Positions 1-9,283 are shown, counted from the stretch's first letter. The stretch: 49,931 bases of DNA from Nitrospirota bacterium (GCA_049325335.1 JBMOMC010000045.1:1-49931), one strand, 5' to 3'. Notes: a model not told the origin generated them from the sequence alone. Translations and numbers: made by a program.

Positions 1-127
1 CCGCCAGCTTCTTGTCCGCCAGCACTTTGGTGATCGCCGCGGTCAGCGTGGTCTTGCCGTGGTCCACGTGCCCGATCGTCCCAATGTTCAGGTGCGGCTT
101 CGTTCGCTCAAATTTCGCTTTCGCCAT
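1..127 (-). CDS. tuf: Elongation factor Tu, N-terminal part (runs off window start)
   Basis: Manual translation [42 protein letters not shown], containing the EF-Tu G1 motif [16 protein letters not shown] at 135-140; follows the Thr-Tyr-Gly-Thr tRNA cluster. Confidence 0.98.
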   Translation of the reverse strand, partial: MAKAKFERTKPHLNIGTIGHVDHGKTTLTAAITKVLADKKLA

Positions 128-215
128 GGAAATGCCTCCTAAAACCGAACGTCGAAAGATCTCGCTGCTCGGCCCGGGACAATAGGGCCTGCGCGGCGCT
201 TCGCAAGCGAGGGAG

Positions 216-288
216 AGCCCTTGACCGGGATCGAACCGGTGACCTCTTCCTTACCAAGGAAGTGCTCTGCCGACTGAGCTACAAGGGC
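216..288 (-). tRNA. tRNA-Thr (GGT)
   Basis: GCCCTTGTAGCTCAG...CTTCCTTGGTAAGGAAG...GGTTCGATCCCGGTCAAGGGCT cloverleaf; CCA not encoded. Confidence 0.96.
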
Positions 289-350
289 ACCGCCTGTGAA
301 CCGCCCAAACGACTGAACCACCGTGGACGACGTGAACCGCTCGCGCGAGT

Positions 351-426
351 TGGAGCGGGAAACGGGATTTGAACCCGCGACCCCCAGCTTGGAAGGCTGG
401 CGCTCTACCAACTGAGCTATTCCCGC
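351..426 (-). tRNA. tRNA-Gly (TCC)
   Basis: GCGGGAATAGCTCAG...CCAGCCTTCCAAGCTGG...GGTTCAAATCCCGTTTCCCGCTCCA; CCA encoded. Confidence 0.96.
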
Positions 427-461
427 ACGGACCGCGATCATCGCATCATAGATACAAGGTA

Positions 462-544
462 TGGGGAGGGGAGGGTTCGAACCTCCGAAGGCCGGAGCCG
501 ACAGATTTACAGTCTGTTCCCTTTGTCCACTTGGGTACCTCCCC
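462..544 (-). tRNA. tRNA-Tyr (GTA)
   Basis: GGGGAGGTACCCAAGTGG...ACAGACTGTAAATCTGT, long variable arm, GGTTCGAACC T-loop; CCA not encoded. Confidence 0.95.
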
Positions 545-641
545 TCCTCGCTTGCGGAAGGCAACGCAGGCGCTGATCTCCCGCGCCGAGGCTGCCAGAA
601 TATTTTGACCTCTGGTCCTTCGTTTTTCACTCGATCTCGCG

Positions 642-714
642 AGCTGGCGAAGGGAATCGAACCCCCGACCTGCTGATTACAAGTCAGCTGCTCTACCAAC
701 TGAGCTACGCCAGC
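642..714 (-). tRNA. tRNA-Thr (TGT)
   Basis: GCTGGCGTAGCTCAG...CTGACTTGTAATCAG...GGTTCGATTCCCTTCGCCAGCT; CCA not encoded. Confidence 0.96.
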
Positions 715-831
715 GCCGTCTCGACTCGGGAAACACATTTTACAAACACACAGTCCTTTGTTATCAATAGCCCGTTCGGCTGACGACGAGTCCGTAACCG
801 GAAGGTTGATTCCCAGAAGAATAAACACGCC

Positions 832-860
832 ATTATAGGAATCGGGATTTTGCTTGTCAA
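832..860 (-). promoter_or_regulatory. Sigma-70 promoter of the tRNA-tuf operon
   Basis: Minus strand TTGACA-17 nt-TATAAT, perfect consensus, upstream of tRNA-Thr(TGT). Confidence 0.85.
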
Positions 861-926
861 GGGATCGACAACGGGTCTGACGTCCGACGTCGCCGTCGGC
901 AACTCACACAGGGAGGACCACCGACC

Positions 927-1694
927 ATGAAAACCGCCATCGATCACCCGCGCCTGCCACGACTTTTCCCCGCGCTCGCGGCAATGGCGCTCGTCGCGCT
1001 CGCGGCGAGCATCGCGCCGCCGGTTCAGGCCGCAAAGTACGATATCACGATCCCCGGAGGATACGGCCAGCCCCAATTTCATGATTTGAGCGAAGAAATC
1101 GGACTCGCGCTGGCCTATCGGCCGCTGGCGCCGGCTGAGCCGCTCGGACTGCTCGGCTTCGATATCGGCGTCGAAATTACGACCGTCAAGATCGACCATG
1201 ACCAGGCATTCTGGACCGCGGTCAGCCCTGACATCCCGAGCTACCTCGCGTTTCCGAAACTCCACCTCCAGAAGGGGCTCCCGTTCGGGATCGACGTGGG
1301 ATTCGTCTACACCAAACTTCCATCCAGCAACGTGGGTATGTACGGGGGCGAATTGAAGTGGGCGATCCTCAAAGGCACGCTCGCAACACCGGCCCTCGCG
1401 CTGCGCGGAACGTATACGACCTTGACCGGCGTGGACACCCTGGACGTGTCCACCTACGGCGCCGACCTGTCGGTCAGCAAAGGTCTTGGGCCGTTGACTC
1501 CCTATGCCGGAATCGGCGAAGTCTGGATCAAGAGCAAGGAGAACACCGCCGCGGTCGCGCTGAGCGACGAGTCCATCTCGGCCTCACACTTCTTCGTAGG
1601 AACCAAGTTGAGCCTGCTGCTGCTCAGCTTCGCACTGGAAGCCGACTTCGCCAAGGTGCCGTCCTACAGTTTTCGGATGGGACTGAGTTTCTAG
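927..1694 (+). CDS. Putative outer-membrane beta-barrel protein, function unknown
   Basis: GGGAGG SD, Sec signal peptide (VQA cleavage), amphipathic strands, C-terminal Phe (MGLSF). Confidence 0.75.
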   Translation: MKTAIDHPRLPRLFPALAAMALVALAASIAPPVQAAKYDITIPGGYGQPQFHDLSEEIGLALAYRPLAPAEPLGLLGFDIGVEITTVKIDHDQAFWTAVSPDIPSYLAFPKLHLQKGLPFGIDVGFVYTKLPSSNVGMYGGELKWAILKGTLATPALALRGTYTTLTGVDTLDVSTYGADLSVSKGLGPLTPYAGIGEVWIKSKENTAAVALSDESISASHFFVGTKLSLLLLSFALEADFAKVPSYSFRMGLSF

Positions 1695-1720
1695 AACAAC
1701 CGACGATCGTCGGAACGTCT

Positions 1721-1746
1721 GAGGGGCGCTCGATCGAGCGCCCCTC
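1721..1746. terminator. Perfect 26-bp palindrome between convergent genes, probable bidirectional terminator
   Basis: GAGGGGCGCTCGATCGAGCGCCCCTC between stops at 1694 and 1753; no long U-tract. Confidence 0.55.
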
Positions 1747-1752
1747 GTGTGT

Positions 1753-2862
1753 TCAGGACTGGTAGAACTGCGCGATCGAGTCGACCACGAACGCTTGCTG
1801 GGTCTCGGTCAGTTCGGGGAAGATCGGCAGCGCGAGGGTTTCGCGGGCGGCCCGCTCGGATTCCGGGAAATCACCCGGCGCATACCCGAGGTGGCGGTAA
1901 CACGGTTGGAGGTGTAACGGAATGGGGTAGTAGACCTCGGTCCCGATTTCCCGCGACGCGAGAAAGGTCTTCAACTCATCACGGCGCTTTGACCGGATCA
2001 CAAACTGATTAAACACGTGCCCGTCCGTCACCGCGGGCACGGCCAGGAGTTCGGCGAGCCGCGCCTCGGTAAACAGCGCCACGTACCGCTGCGCGTTGCG
2101 GCGGCGCGCCTCGGTCCATTCGTCTAAGTGTCCCAGTTTGACGCGCAACACCGCGGCTTGCAAGGCATCCAAACGGCCGTTCATGCCGATCTCGATGTGC
2201 TCGTAACGCCGCTCGCTGCCGTGAACGCGCAACCGGCGGATGGCGGCGGCACGCTCGGGATCGTTGGTCGTGACCAAACCGCCGTCACCGAACCCTCCGA
2301 GATTTTTTGACGGGAAGAAACTGAATGCGCCGTAGGCGCCGAGGGTTCCCACATACCGGCCGTTGACCGAGGCCCCGATCGCCTGCGCGGCGTCTTCAAT
2401 CACCACGAGGTCTTCGGCGTCGGCCAAATCCAACACCGACCGCAGGTCCATCGGCCGACCATAGAGATGGACCGGGATGACGGCCTTTGCCTTCGGCGTC
2501 AGCGTATCTCCGAGCTTCGCGACATCCAGGCAGTACGTCGCGGGATCGATGTCCACGAAGACCGGCACCGCGCCCAGCCGGGAAATCGACCCCGCCGTGG
2601 CAAAAAACGTGTAGGGCGTGGTAATCACCTCGTCCCCGGGTTTCACACCCGCGCCCATCATGGCCAGCAATAACGCGTCCGTTCCCGACGTGACCCCGAT
2701 GGCGTATTCCGTTCCGAGATACTTGGCGACCGCCTGTTCAAACGCCTCGACATGGGGCCCGAGGATAAACGCTTGCTCCTCGCACACCTGATGAATCACA
2801 TGCAGGACGTCGGGTTTAATCTTCTGATACTGGAGTTTTAAATCCAGGAGGGGAACTCGCAT
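1753..2862 (-). CDS. DegT/DnrJ/EryC1/StrS family PLP-dependent sugar aminotransferase
   Basis: Motifs SGTDAL, VHLYG, EDAAQA, SFFPSKNLGGFGDGG; start moved to MRVPLLDLK at 2862. Confidence 0.93.
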   Translation of the reverse strand: MRVPLLDLKLQYQKIKPDVLHVIHQVCEEQAFILGPHVEAFEQAVAKYLGTEYAIGVTSGTDALLLAMMGAGVKPGDEVITTPYTFFATAGSISRLGAVPVFVDIDPATYCLDVAKLGDTLTPKAKAVIPVHLYGRPMDLRSVLDLADAEDLVVIEDAAQAIGASVNGRYVGTLGAYGAFSFFPSKNLGGFGDGGLVTTNDPERAAAIRRLRVHGSERRYEHIEIGMNGRLDALQAAVLRVKLGHLDEWTEARRRNAQRYVALFTEARLAELLAVPAVTDGHVFNQFVIRSKRRDELKTFLASREIGTEVYYPIPLHLQPCYRHLGYAPGDFPESERAARETLALPIFPELTETQQAFVVDSIAQFYQS

Positions 2863-2870
2863 CGCGGCGG

Positions 2871-2899
2871 ATTGTAACAACGAGGCCAGAGGGTGTCAA
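2871..2899 (-). promoter_or_regulatory. Sigma-70 promoter of the DegT-family gene
   Basis: TTGACA-17 nt-TACAAT on minus strand, ending 8 nt before the ATG. Confidence 0.65.
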
Positions 2900-2929
2900 A
2901 CGGCAACAGGAGTGCCGCCGCAGCAATGC

Positions 2930-3784
2930 CTACTTGTCGGTAACCGGTCGGAGATCGCTCGTCGTCCAGATATTCCCTTCCGGCGTGATGTAATATTCCC
3001 CCCCGTAAGGGTCGACCGGCAGGGCGGACAACACGCCGCGTTCTACGAGCGCACCCAGGTCCGATGGCCCTACTCCGAATGCTTGCCGATAGCGTCTCAT
3101 GGCTTGCTCCAGAATCACGATGCCTTGAAGGGCGTGGGCGCGCCGTTGAATTTTATCGCGGGTCGCACGGTCCGACGTCCGCGCCGCAAATTCGTCAAGG
3201 AAGGCCACCGCGACCTCGGCGCTCCCGCTCTTTGAGGCTACGCGTGTTGCGAGGAGGCCAATGAGCGGCGCACTCCCGGGGCGCCGGGCAGCCTCCATGA
3301 GGTACTTGCTGGCCAGCGCGTTGTCCTGTAGGAAATAAAACGCGTTGAAACCCATGAAGAAAGGCATCACCCAGTCGTCGGGGCGAGAGATCCGGCCGCG
3401 ATCGAGCAGGGCGTTGGCTTCGCGAGGCAAATGCGCCTCCCAAGCCAACACCGCTTCGCCGAAGTAGTAGGGATCGACAAAGTACGGATCGAGGTCGGAG
3501 GCCGCACTCAGACGCTGATAGATCGTACGATACGTGGCTTCGTCGATGGTCTCGCCTCGATGCCGTTTCCCTCCATAAAAGCTTAGGGTCCGCGAAAACA
3601 GCAGATCCGCCACAAGGTTGTGGTACTCCAGCGAAGCCAGTCTGAGAACAGGCGCGGGTAATTGCAGCGGTGGGTCTAGTTGCCGAACGCCCCCACCCCG
3701 AACTACCTCCAACTCCGCCAACACCAACACATGGCTGACTACGAGGAGAGCGAGCACTATGGGGAGAGCTGCCGACCGGGCCAC
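2930..3784 (-). CDS. Pilin-associated membrane-anchored protein (Myxococcus PilG / Geobacter XapA-like)
   Basis: N-terminal TM helix, TPR-like helices (LDPYFVDPYYFG, PDDWVMPFFMGFNAFYFL), GspG-like C-terminus LPVDPYGGEYY; lies downstream of pilins and ABC genes. Confidence 0.7.
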   Translation of the reverse strand: MARSAALPIVLALLVVSHVLVLAELEVVRGGGVRQLDPPLQLPAPVLRLASLEYHNLVADLLFSRTLSFYGGKRHRGETIDEATYRTIYQRLSAASDLDPYFVDPYYFGEAVLAWEAHLPREANALLDRGRISRPDDWVMPFFMGFNAFYFLQDNALASKYLMEAARRPGSAPLIGLLATRVASKSGSAEVAVAFLDEFAARTSDRATRDKIQRRAHALQGIVILEQAMRRYRQAFGVGPSDLGALVERGVLSALPVDPYGGEYYITPEGNIWTTSDLRPVTDK

Positions 3785-3785
3785 G

Positions 3786-4595
3786 TCAGGGAAACTCGCG
3801 CCGACGGAAGATCCACGCGGCGGCAGCGATCAGGGTGGTCGTGTAGACCACTCCATAGAAGATCGTCAAAACCACTGTCGAGACAGCCAGAGGCAGGCCG
3901 TGGGCCGCATGCGTTTTGAAGTCGAACGCGTTCAGGTTGGGAAACACATAATATGCGGCCGTGACGATCGCACGGAACGCCGGACTGATCGCGATTCCAT
4001 CCGCGCCCGCGGCAAGGTAATTTTTGACTTCCTCGACCGATTGTCCGACGAGATAGACAACGAGGGTGAGCCCGAGCGCTACAAAGGTGCTGGACGTAAA
4101 CGAGGAGAAGAACACCACTACCGCAGTGAGCAGAACAAGCATGAGGGTCATGGTACCGAGGCTGACGAAGAATGCCGGCCAGTGCATCACCCCATACTGA
4201 TCGGCCGTGAGCCGATCGACGATCCAGGCCGCCATCCCCGCGAACGTCCCAAGGATCGCCATCGCGCAGACGATGATGAGGCTCAGCCCGGCAAACTTGC
4301 CGACGATGTACTCGGATCGCGATACCGCCTTCGTCAGCACGCAGTGGATCGTCCGTCGCTCCAAATCTTTGGCAAGCAGATGGGTCCCCAAGAATAATGT
4401 GAGCACGAGCCCGATCAGTGACGCGATCCCAAGACCAAGATCAACGGCAACCTTGACCACGTCCCGCGGGAACAGGTAGCTCACGATGTATGTCGCTGAC
4501 AACAGTGCCAGCGCCAGCAGGAACAGCCCAAAAAACACGCGGCTTCGCAACCCTTCGAGAAAGGTGATGGTGGCGATCGCGCCGAGATTCTTCAT
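3786..4595 (-). CDS. ABC-2 type transporter permease (PilI/Xap-like)
   Basis: Multiple TM helices; KDLERRTIHCVLTKAVSRSEYIVGKF motif; overlaps the ATPase stop by 4 nt. Confidence 0.88.
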   Translation of the reverse strand: MKNLGAIATITFLEGLRSRVFFGLFLLALALLSATYIVSYLFPRDVVKVAVDLGLGIASLIGLVLTLFLGTHLLAKDLERRTIHCVLTKAVSRSEYIVGKFAGLSLIIVCAMAILGTFAGMAAWIVDRLTADQYGVMHWPAFFVSLGTMTLMLVLLTAVVVFFSSFTSSTFVALGLTLVVYLVGQSVEEVKNYLAAGADGIAISPAFRAIVTAAYYVFPNLNAFDFKTHAAHGLPLAVSTVVLTIFYGVVYTTTLIAAAAWIFRRREFP

Positions 4596-5527
4596 TGCGC
4601 GTTGCCCCCCGCTTGCTCGACTTCAGCCAACACAATGTCCTCCAGGGTGGGGCGCAGCGGCGAAATCGACACGATCCCGTCTTGAAAGCTACCCAACCGG
4701 TCGAGGAGCTTCCCCACGTCCCGTTCCGACGTCCTAACCTCAATAAGCCCCCCCCGTTCGTCGCTCTCATACGAGAGGCCAGCCAGGCGTGCCCGAATCG
4801 GCTCCGCGGTTCCGCGCAGCACCACACGCCAGCCGCGCGCCTCGATCGACGCCAGGTCGACCAGTCTGGTCACTCTGCGCAGTCGGCCTTGTACGATGAT
4901 GCCAACACAGTCGCACAAATCCTCGACGTCGCGCATGATGTGGGAGCTGAAGAAGACCGTTTTCCCCTCGGCCTTCAGTTGCCGAATGACCGCGGCCATG
5001 AGCCGTCGCCCGAGCGGATCGAGCCCGGACATCGGCTCGTCCAAGATCACGAGATCAGGATTATTGATAAGAGCCAATGCCAGTCCAACTCGCTGAACCA
5101 TACCTTTTGAGAATGATCGAAGGCGTTGACGGCGAACCGAGTCGAGCTCTACGAGACCTAACAGCACGTCCGTACGCCTTGCGATTTGACTGGTTTCCAT
5201 ACACGATGTCTTGCCTCCAAACCAGAGAAGTTCTTCTGGGGACAAGTGGTCGTATACGGTCGGGCTCTCGGGCAGGTACCCGATTCGTGTTCTGATCGCG
5301 GCGTCGCAGGCGGACTGACCGAACAGCAAGACGCGACCCGAGGTAGGAAAAATCAGATTAAGAAGAATCTTAATCGCCGTGCTCTTGCCTGCTCCATTGG
5401 GTCCGAGAAAACCAAACACTTCACCGGGGGGAATGCTTAAACTCAAACTCGCGGCAAGCGCAATCTTCTTTTTTCGGAAACCCGTATGGTACGTCTTGGT
5501 AACATTGTCGAACAGAATTGCGTCCAC
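4592..5527 (-). CDS. ABC transporter ATP-binding protein (PilH/XapD-like)
   Basis: Walker A GPNGAGKST, signature FSKGMVQR, Walker B ILDEP. Confidence 0.93.
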   Translation of the reverse strand: MDAILFDNVTKTYHTGFRKKKIALAASLSLSIPPGEVFGFLGPNGAGKSTAIKILLNLIFPTSGRVLLFGQSACDAAIRTRIGYLPESPTVYDHLSPEELLWFGGKTSCMETSQIARRTDVLLGLVELDSVRRQRLRSFSKGMVQRVGLALALINNPDLVILDEPMSGLDPLGRRLMAAVIRQLKAEGKTVFFSSHIMRDVEDLCDCVGIIVQGRLRRVTRLVDLASIEARGWRVVLRGTAEPIRARLAGLSYESDERGGLIEVRTSERDVGKLLDRLGSFQDGIVSISPLRPTLEDIVLAEVEQAGGNAQ

Positions 5528-5576
5528 CGACTACGCTCCTTTAGGCGTTCATGCTAATAGCCGCTGGGGGGGGAAT

Positions 5577-5617
5577 GCAACGGGCACGGCAGGACTCAAC
5601 CCGGCCGTGCCCGTTGC
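5577..5617 (-). terminator. Hairpin downstream of second pilin gene (terminator or mRNA-stabilising element)
   Basis: 14-bp inverted repeat GCAACGGGCACGGC/GCCGTGCCCGTTGC just after the pilin stop; no U-tract. Confidence 0.5.
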
Positions 5618-5624
5618 CGATAGC

Positions 5625-6278
5625 TTACTGAACACTCCAGTTAGCCGTGGGGGCGCCGCCTCCCGCAGCCGCATTGAAATTGTCCGTATTATTGGTCGCG
5701 CCAGGAATCGTGGCGGAAATGGCATTCAGTGTCCCGGCCCACCCCGCGTTTTTGACAAAGTACACTGCGGTGGAGTCGCTGTCTGCTCCGTACGCGGTGT
5801 CGCCAAGCTCATGCCGACAGACGCCGATATAGCTCCCATTGCCGGCCGTGGTGTTGACTTGTATATTGCTGGCATTCGACGAGGAGAGTCCGATTGCCGA
5901 AACCGCGCCAGTCACCGGATGAGTTCCCGTCAACAACGCACCTGCCGCTGTCGCGGATGCCGGACTTGCCGGGCCCAACACCAACCCGCCAGCCCCTCCA
6001 GCGCTTCCAGCCGCCGCCGCAAGCGTCGTCCCAGGGAGCGCCACGCTGACTCCATAATATTGGTTGTCGGCAAAAACCGACTCCTGAGCCGTTCGCATAT
6101 TGCGGCAGTCCGAAGCGGAGCTTGCGTTAAAACTTCGAATCCGGTACGCCGCAAATTGCGGAATCGCGATCGCCGCTAAAATTCCGATGATCGCCACCAC
6201 AATCAGTAACTCAACGAGCGTAAATCCACCCTCTCCGCTGAGACTCTTGGTTTTTCCTCTCTGCGCCGAGTTATCCAT
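5625..6278 (-). CDS. pilA: Type IVa pilin, downstream copy
   Basis: Class III signal G|FTLVE, hydrophobic helix LLIVVAIIGILAAIAIPQF; 18-aa leader, 199-aa mature protein. Confidence 0.93.
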   Translation of the reverse strand: MDNSAQRGKTKSLSGEGGFTLVELLIVVAIIGILAAIAIPQFAAYRIRSFNASSASDCRNMRTAQESVFADNQYYGVSVALPGTTLAAAAGSAGGAGGLVLGPASPASATAAGALLTGTHPVTGAVSAIGLSSSNASNIQVNTTAGNGSYIGVCRHELGDTAYGADSDSTAVYFVKNAGWAGTLNAISATIPGATNNTDNFNAAAGGGAPTANWSVQ

Positions 6279-6322
6279 GCCGGCCCTCCGCGATCTTGAA
6301 AACCGCCTCTGTTTTATTGCTA

Positions 6323-6338
6323 TTCATAACTCGTACCA
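6323..6338 (-). promoter_or_regulatory. Possible sigma-54 promoter (non-consensus -12) for downstream pilin
   Basis: TGGTACG-AGTT-ATGAA; GG at -24 present, GA instead of GC at -12. Confidence 0.4.
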
Positions 6339-6462
6339 CATTTAATAGTACAAGACTATTGAAAGTTAATCCCTTCTTATTCAAAAGGTCCTGATGACGG
6401 ACAAAACTTGGTTCTGGTTATGACAATCTTTTTTCCTCACGTCCAGTGCTCATTTGAACTTT

Positions 6463-6493
6463 AAAAAAAGAGGGGCCGGTTGCCCGGCCCCTC
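6463..6493 (-). terminator. Rho-independent terminator of upstream pilin gene
   Basis: 10-bp stem GAGGGGCCGG/CCGGCCCCTC followed by T7 on the minus strand. Confidence 0.85.
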
Positions 6494-6512
6494 CAGAGGA
6501 AATCACATATTC

Positions 6513-7166
6513 TTACTGAACAGTCCAGTTCGCCGTAGGAGCACCGCCACCAGCAGCCGCATTGAAATCATCGGTCGCGTTCGTAGCACCCGGAATAGTC
6601 GCGGAAACCAAGTTAAGCGTCCCCGCCCAGGTAGCGTTCTTCACAAAGTAGAAGGCCGTGGAGTCGCTGTCTCCACCATACGCGGTGTCCCCAAGCTCAT
6701 GCCGGCAGACGCCGATATAGCTCGCATTACCCGCCGTGGTGTTGACCTGCATATTGCTTCCGTTGGACGCCGAGACACCAATGGCCCCAATAGCTGCGGT
6801 CACCGGATGAGTCCCCGTCAACAACGAACCTGCCGCCGTCGCAGTCGCCGGGCTTGCCGGCCCCAACACTAACCCGCCGGCTCCACCCGCGTTGCCGGCC
6901 GCCGCTGCCAAGGTCGTTCCCGGAAGCGCCACGCTGACTCCATAGAACTGGTTATCCGCAAACAACGATTCTTCTGCCGTCCGCATGTTGCGGCAGTCCG
7001 AACTCGCACTCGCGTTGTAGCTTCGAATCCGGTACGCCGCGAACTGCGGGATCGCGATCGCCGCCAAGATGCCGATGATCGCGACCACGATGAGCAACTC
7101 GACCAGGGTGAAACCCCGCTCGTTGTTGCTCACCTTTGTTCTGAGCTGGTGCATTGTATTAAACAT
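6513..7166 (-). CDS. pilA: Type IVa pilin, upstream copy (probable major pilin)
   Basis: G|FTLVELLIVVAIIGILAAIAIPQF; strong SD GGGAGGAG; 25 substitutions and no indels versus the other copy over 199 aa. Confidence 0.94.
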   Translation of the reverse strand: MFNTMHQLRTKVSNNERGFTLVELLIVVAIIGILAAIAIPQFAAYRIRSYNASASSDCRNMRTAEESLFADNQFYGVSVALPGTTLAAAAGNAGGAGGLVLGPASPATATAAGSLLTGTHPVTAAIGAIGVSASNGSNMQVNTTAGNASYIGVCRHELGDTAYGGDSDSTAFYFVKNATWAGTLNLVSATIPGATNATDDFNAAAGGGAPTANWTVQ

Positions 7167-7228
7167 GTGTGCTCCTCCCCTGGTTGATCATTGCCGGCGA
7201 CCTACCGTCGGCTTCGCCGAATTGTCTA

Positions 7229-7244
7229 AGCAGGACCCGTGCCA
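7229..7244 (-). promoter_or_regulatory. Sigma-54 (-24/-12) promoter of upstream pilin
   Basis: TGGCACG-GGTC-CTGCT matches TGGCACG-N4-TTGC(A/T) with one mismatch; pilA genes are commonly RpoN/PilR-dependent. Confidence 0.75.
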
Positions 7245-7417
7245 CATGAACCGTGGGTGAGTTTGCCATGAAAACCATATCCGTCAAGCCGCCGGCGGCT
7301 CGTTTGTTCATAAACGCGCGGTCGGACTGTCAACACTTGTTCAGGGAGTGACGATTTTTGACACGCGGCATTCAGTGAGCCCGCCACGCATGAACTTCCC
7401 GTGCGATGGACCTTTAT

Positions 7418-9283
7418 TTAGATACCGGACTGGCTTTGGTCGAGGTTCTGGCGAATCGGTGCGACGGCGGTCGGCTCCTCCGCGTCCTTCTTTGCCTTGG
7501 CTTTCCGGAACCGTTCCTCAGCCTCCGGATCACCGAAGCCCGCGCCTTTGAATCGTTCGATCAGTTTCGTGTTGGCTGGGTCAAGTTCCAGCGACTTCAG
7601 CCACGATTCTCGCGCATCCCGACTTCGGTCCGCTTTCAAGTACGCGTCGCCCAGGTGCTCGTGAATCACGGGATCATCCGGCAAAGCCGCGATGGCCCGC
7701 TCAAGGTCCTTGACCGCGGCATCCCACTGTCCCAGCTTGAAATGCACCCACCCAAGACTGTCGAGATACGCCCCATCCTCCGGCTTAATGGCGAGCGCGC
7801 GCTGGATGAGTTCCTTGGCTTCGCCCAGCTTCATGTCTTTTTCGGCATAGGTGTACCCGAGATAATTTAAGGCTTCCGCGTATTGCGGATCCAAACGGAT
7901 GGCTTCTTCCAACTCGGAAACAAACCGGTCAAACCGTGTGAGTTTGTCGTAGGCCAATCCCAGGTTAAAATGCAGCGTAGCGTTGTCGGGTTGCGCCGCG
8001 ACCCCTGCTTCAAACACCTCGACCGCTCGGTTGTGGTCTTCGCGTTGCGTGTGCAAGTATCCCAGCACCAGAAATACTTCCGGTCGGTTCTCCCCCTTGG
8101 CTCGTATTTTTTCAACAACGGCCTGCGCCTCGTCAAACCGTTTCTCCCGCGCGTAGAGGATTCCCAATTGCAGGTAGGCTTCCGTGACGTCGGCATTCAT
8201 TGCCACCAATCGTTCGAATTGCGCGATGGCTTTGTCGGGTTGCTTCTGCTCATCATAGAGTCGACCCAGAAAATAGATCGCGGCCGTGTCGCTCGGACGC
8301 ATGGCCACCACCTGTTCGAGCTCTCGGATGGCGTCCGCCGGTTTCCCGATCTCCCCGTAAATACGGCCTTTGAGCACCCGCGCCTCGACATTTTTGGGAT
8401 CAGCCGCGAGCAGATCGTCGAGCAAGACCAAGGCTTGATCAAAGGTCCGATCCTGGAGGTACAAATGCACCAGACGACCGACCGCCTCGGCGTCACGCGG
8501 GTCAACCCGATCGAGCAGGCGTTTGTAGACTGTGACCGCACGCGCCCGATCCCCCTGCTGCAGATACAGATCGCCCAGCGCAATATACCCAGCCTCCGCG
8601 AACGGGGCGACCTCGATCGCGCGCTCCAAATGGCGTTCGGCCGCGTGCCAATGTTTCTGCGCCGACGCGATTTTACCCAAATACAGATGCGCGACGGAGG
8701 AGTCGGGAGCGATCTCCAGCACATGCTGGATCGTTCGCTCCGCGTCCGCATACCGATTCAGTCTGGCGTACAACAACCCAAGATTGAGGTACACCTCAGG
8801 CTGACCGGCATCAACCTTGGCCATCCGCTCAAAAAATTCGATGGCGCGCTCCGGCTTCGTGTCGTTTGCCGCGTACCAACGAGCCAGCAAAAAAAGCGTG
8901 GGGAGATGATCGGGATCGTGGCGCAGCACCTCCTCAGCATGCGCCACACCTTCGTCGTAGCGGCCCAGTCGAAACGCCAAGGCCGCCGCGTGATGCCGAA
9001 GCGCAATCGAACCGGGATCGAACTGCAGGGCCCCCTCATAGTCGGCCAACGCCGCGGCGTCTTGGTTCCTCAACTCAAGGAGATACCCACGGATAAAGTG
9101 CGTATAGGCCGCAGCCGGCGCCACGCGGGTCGGGCCGGGAGAAGGCGCGGGCTTGGAGTAGCCCGTAGGCAACTGCGCCGCGGCAGGGACCGATGCAATG
9201 GGGGCTCGCGCGCAGCCGGCCGCCGCGCAACAGCAGACGATCAGTGCGGAGAAACCAATGCGGAGGGCGCGGAGATCACGCAC
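7418..9283 (-). CDS. Tetratricopeptide-repeat lipoprotein
   Basis: Many TPR repeats; C-terminal [11 protein letters not shown]...[11 protein letters not shown]...IHEHLGD; lipobox-like AAGC; start proposed at the GTG overlapping the tatA end, not 9364. Confidence 0.85.
   Translation of the reverse strand: MRDLRALRIGFSALIVCCCAAAGCARAPIASVPAAAQLPTGYSKPAPSPGPTRVAPAAAYTHFIRGYLLELRNQDAAALADYEGALQFDPGSIALRHHAAALAFRLGRYDEGVAHAEEVLRHDPDHLPTLFLLARWYAANDTKPERAIEFFERMAKVDAGQPEVYLNLGLLYARLNRYADAERTIQHVLEIAPDSSVAHLYLGKIASAQKHWHAAERHLERAIEVAPFAEAGYIALGDLYLQQGDRARAVTVYKRLLDRVDPRDAEAVGRLVHLYLQDRTFDQALVLLDDLLAADPKNVEARVLKGRIYGEIGKPADAIRELEQVVAMRPSDTAAIYFLGRLYDEQKQPDKAIAQFERLVAMNADVTEAYLQLGILYAREKRFDEAQAVVEKIRAKGENRPEVFLVLGYLHTQREDHNRAVEVFEAGVAAQPDNATLHFNLGLAYDKLTRFDRFVSELEEAIRLDPQYAEALNYLGYTYAEKDMKLGEAKELIQRALAIKPEDGAYLDSLGWVHFKLGQWDAAVKDLERAIAALPDDPVIHEHLGDAYLKADRSRDARESWLKSLELDPANTKLIERFKGAGFGDPEAEERFRKAKAKKDAEEPTAVAPIRQNLDQSQSGI

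Noticed and set aside
139..828. 229-aa minus-strand ORF and small plus-strand ORFs over the tRNA cluster
   Set aside because: They overlap four clear tRNA genes and are translation artefacts
5566..5573. G8 tract upstream of the ABC ATPase as a phase-variation switch
   Set aside because: Short, intergenic, not within a recognisable promoter, and unremarkable in high-GC DNA
5625..7166. Calling the pilins conductive e-pili
   Set aside because: Aromatic content is about 7.5% with a long aromatic-free gap; the conserved N-terminal aromatics alone are insufficient
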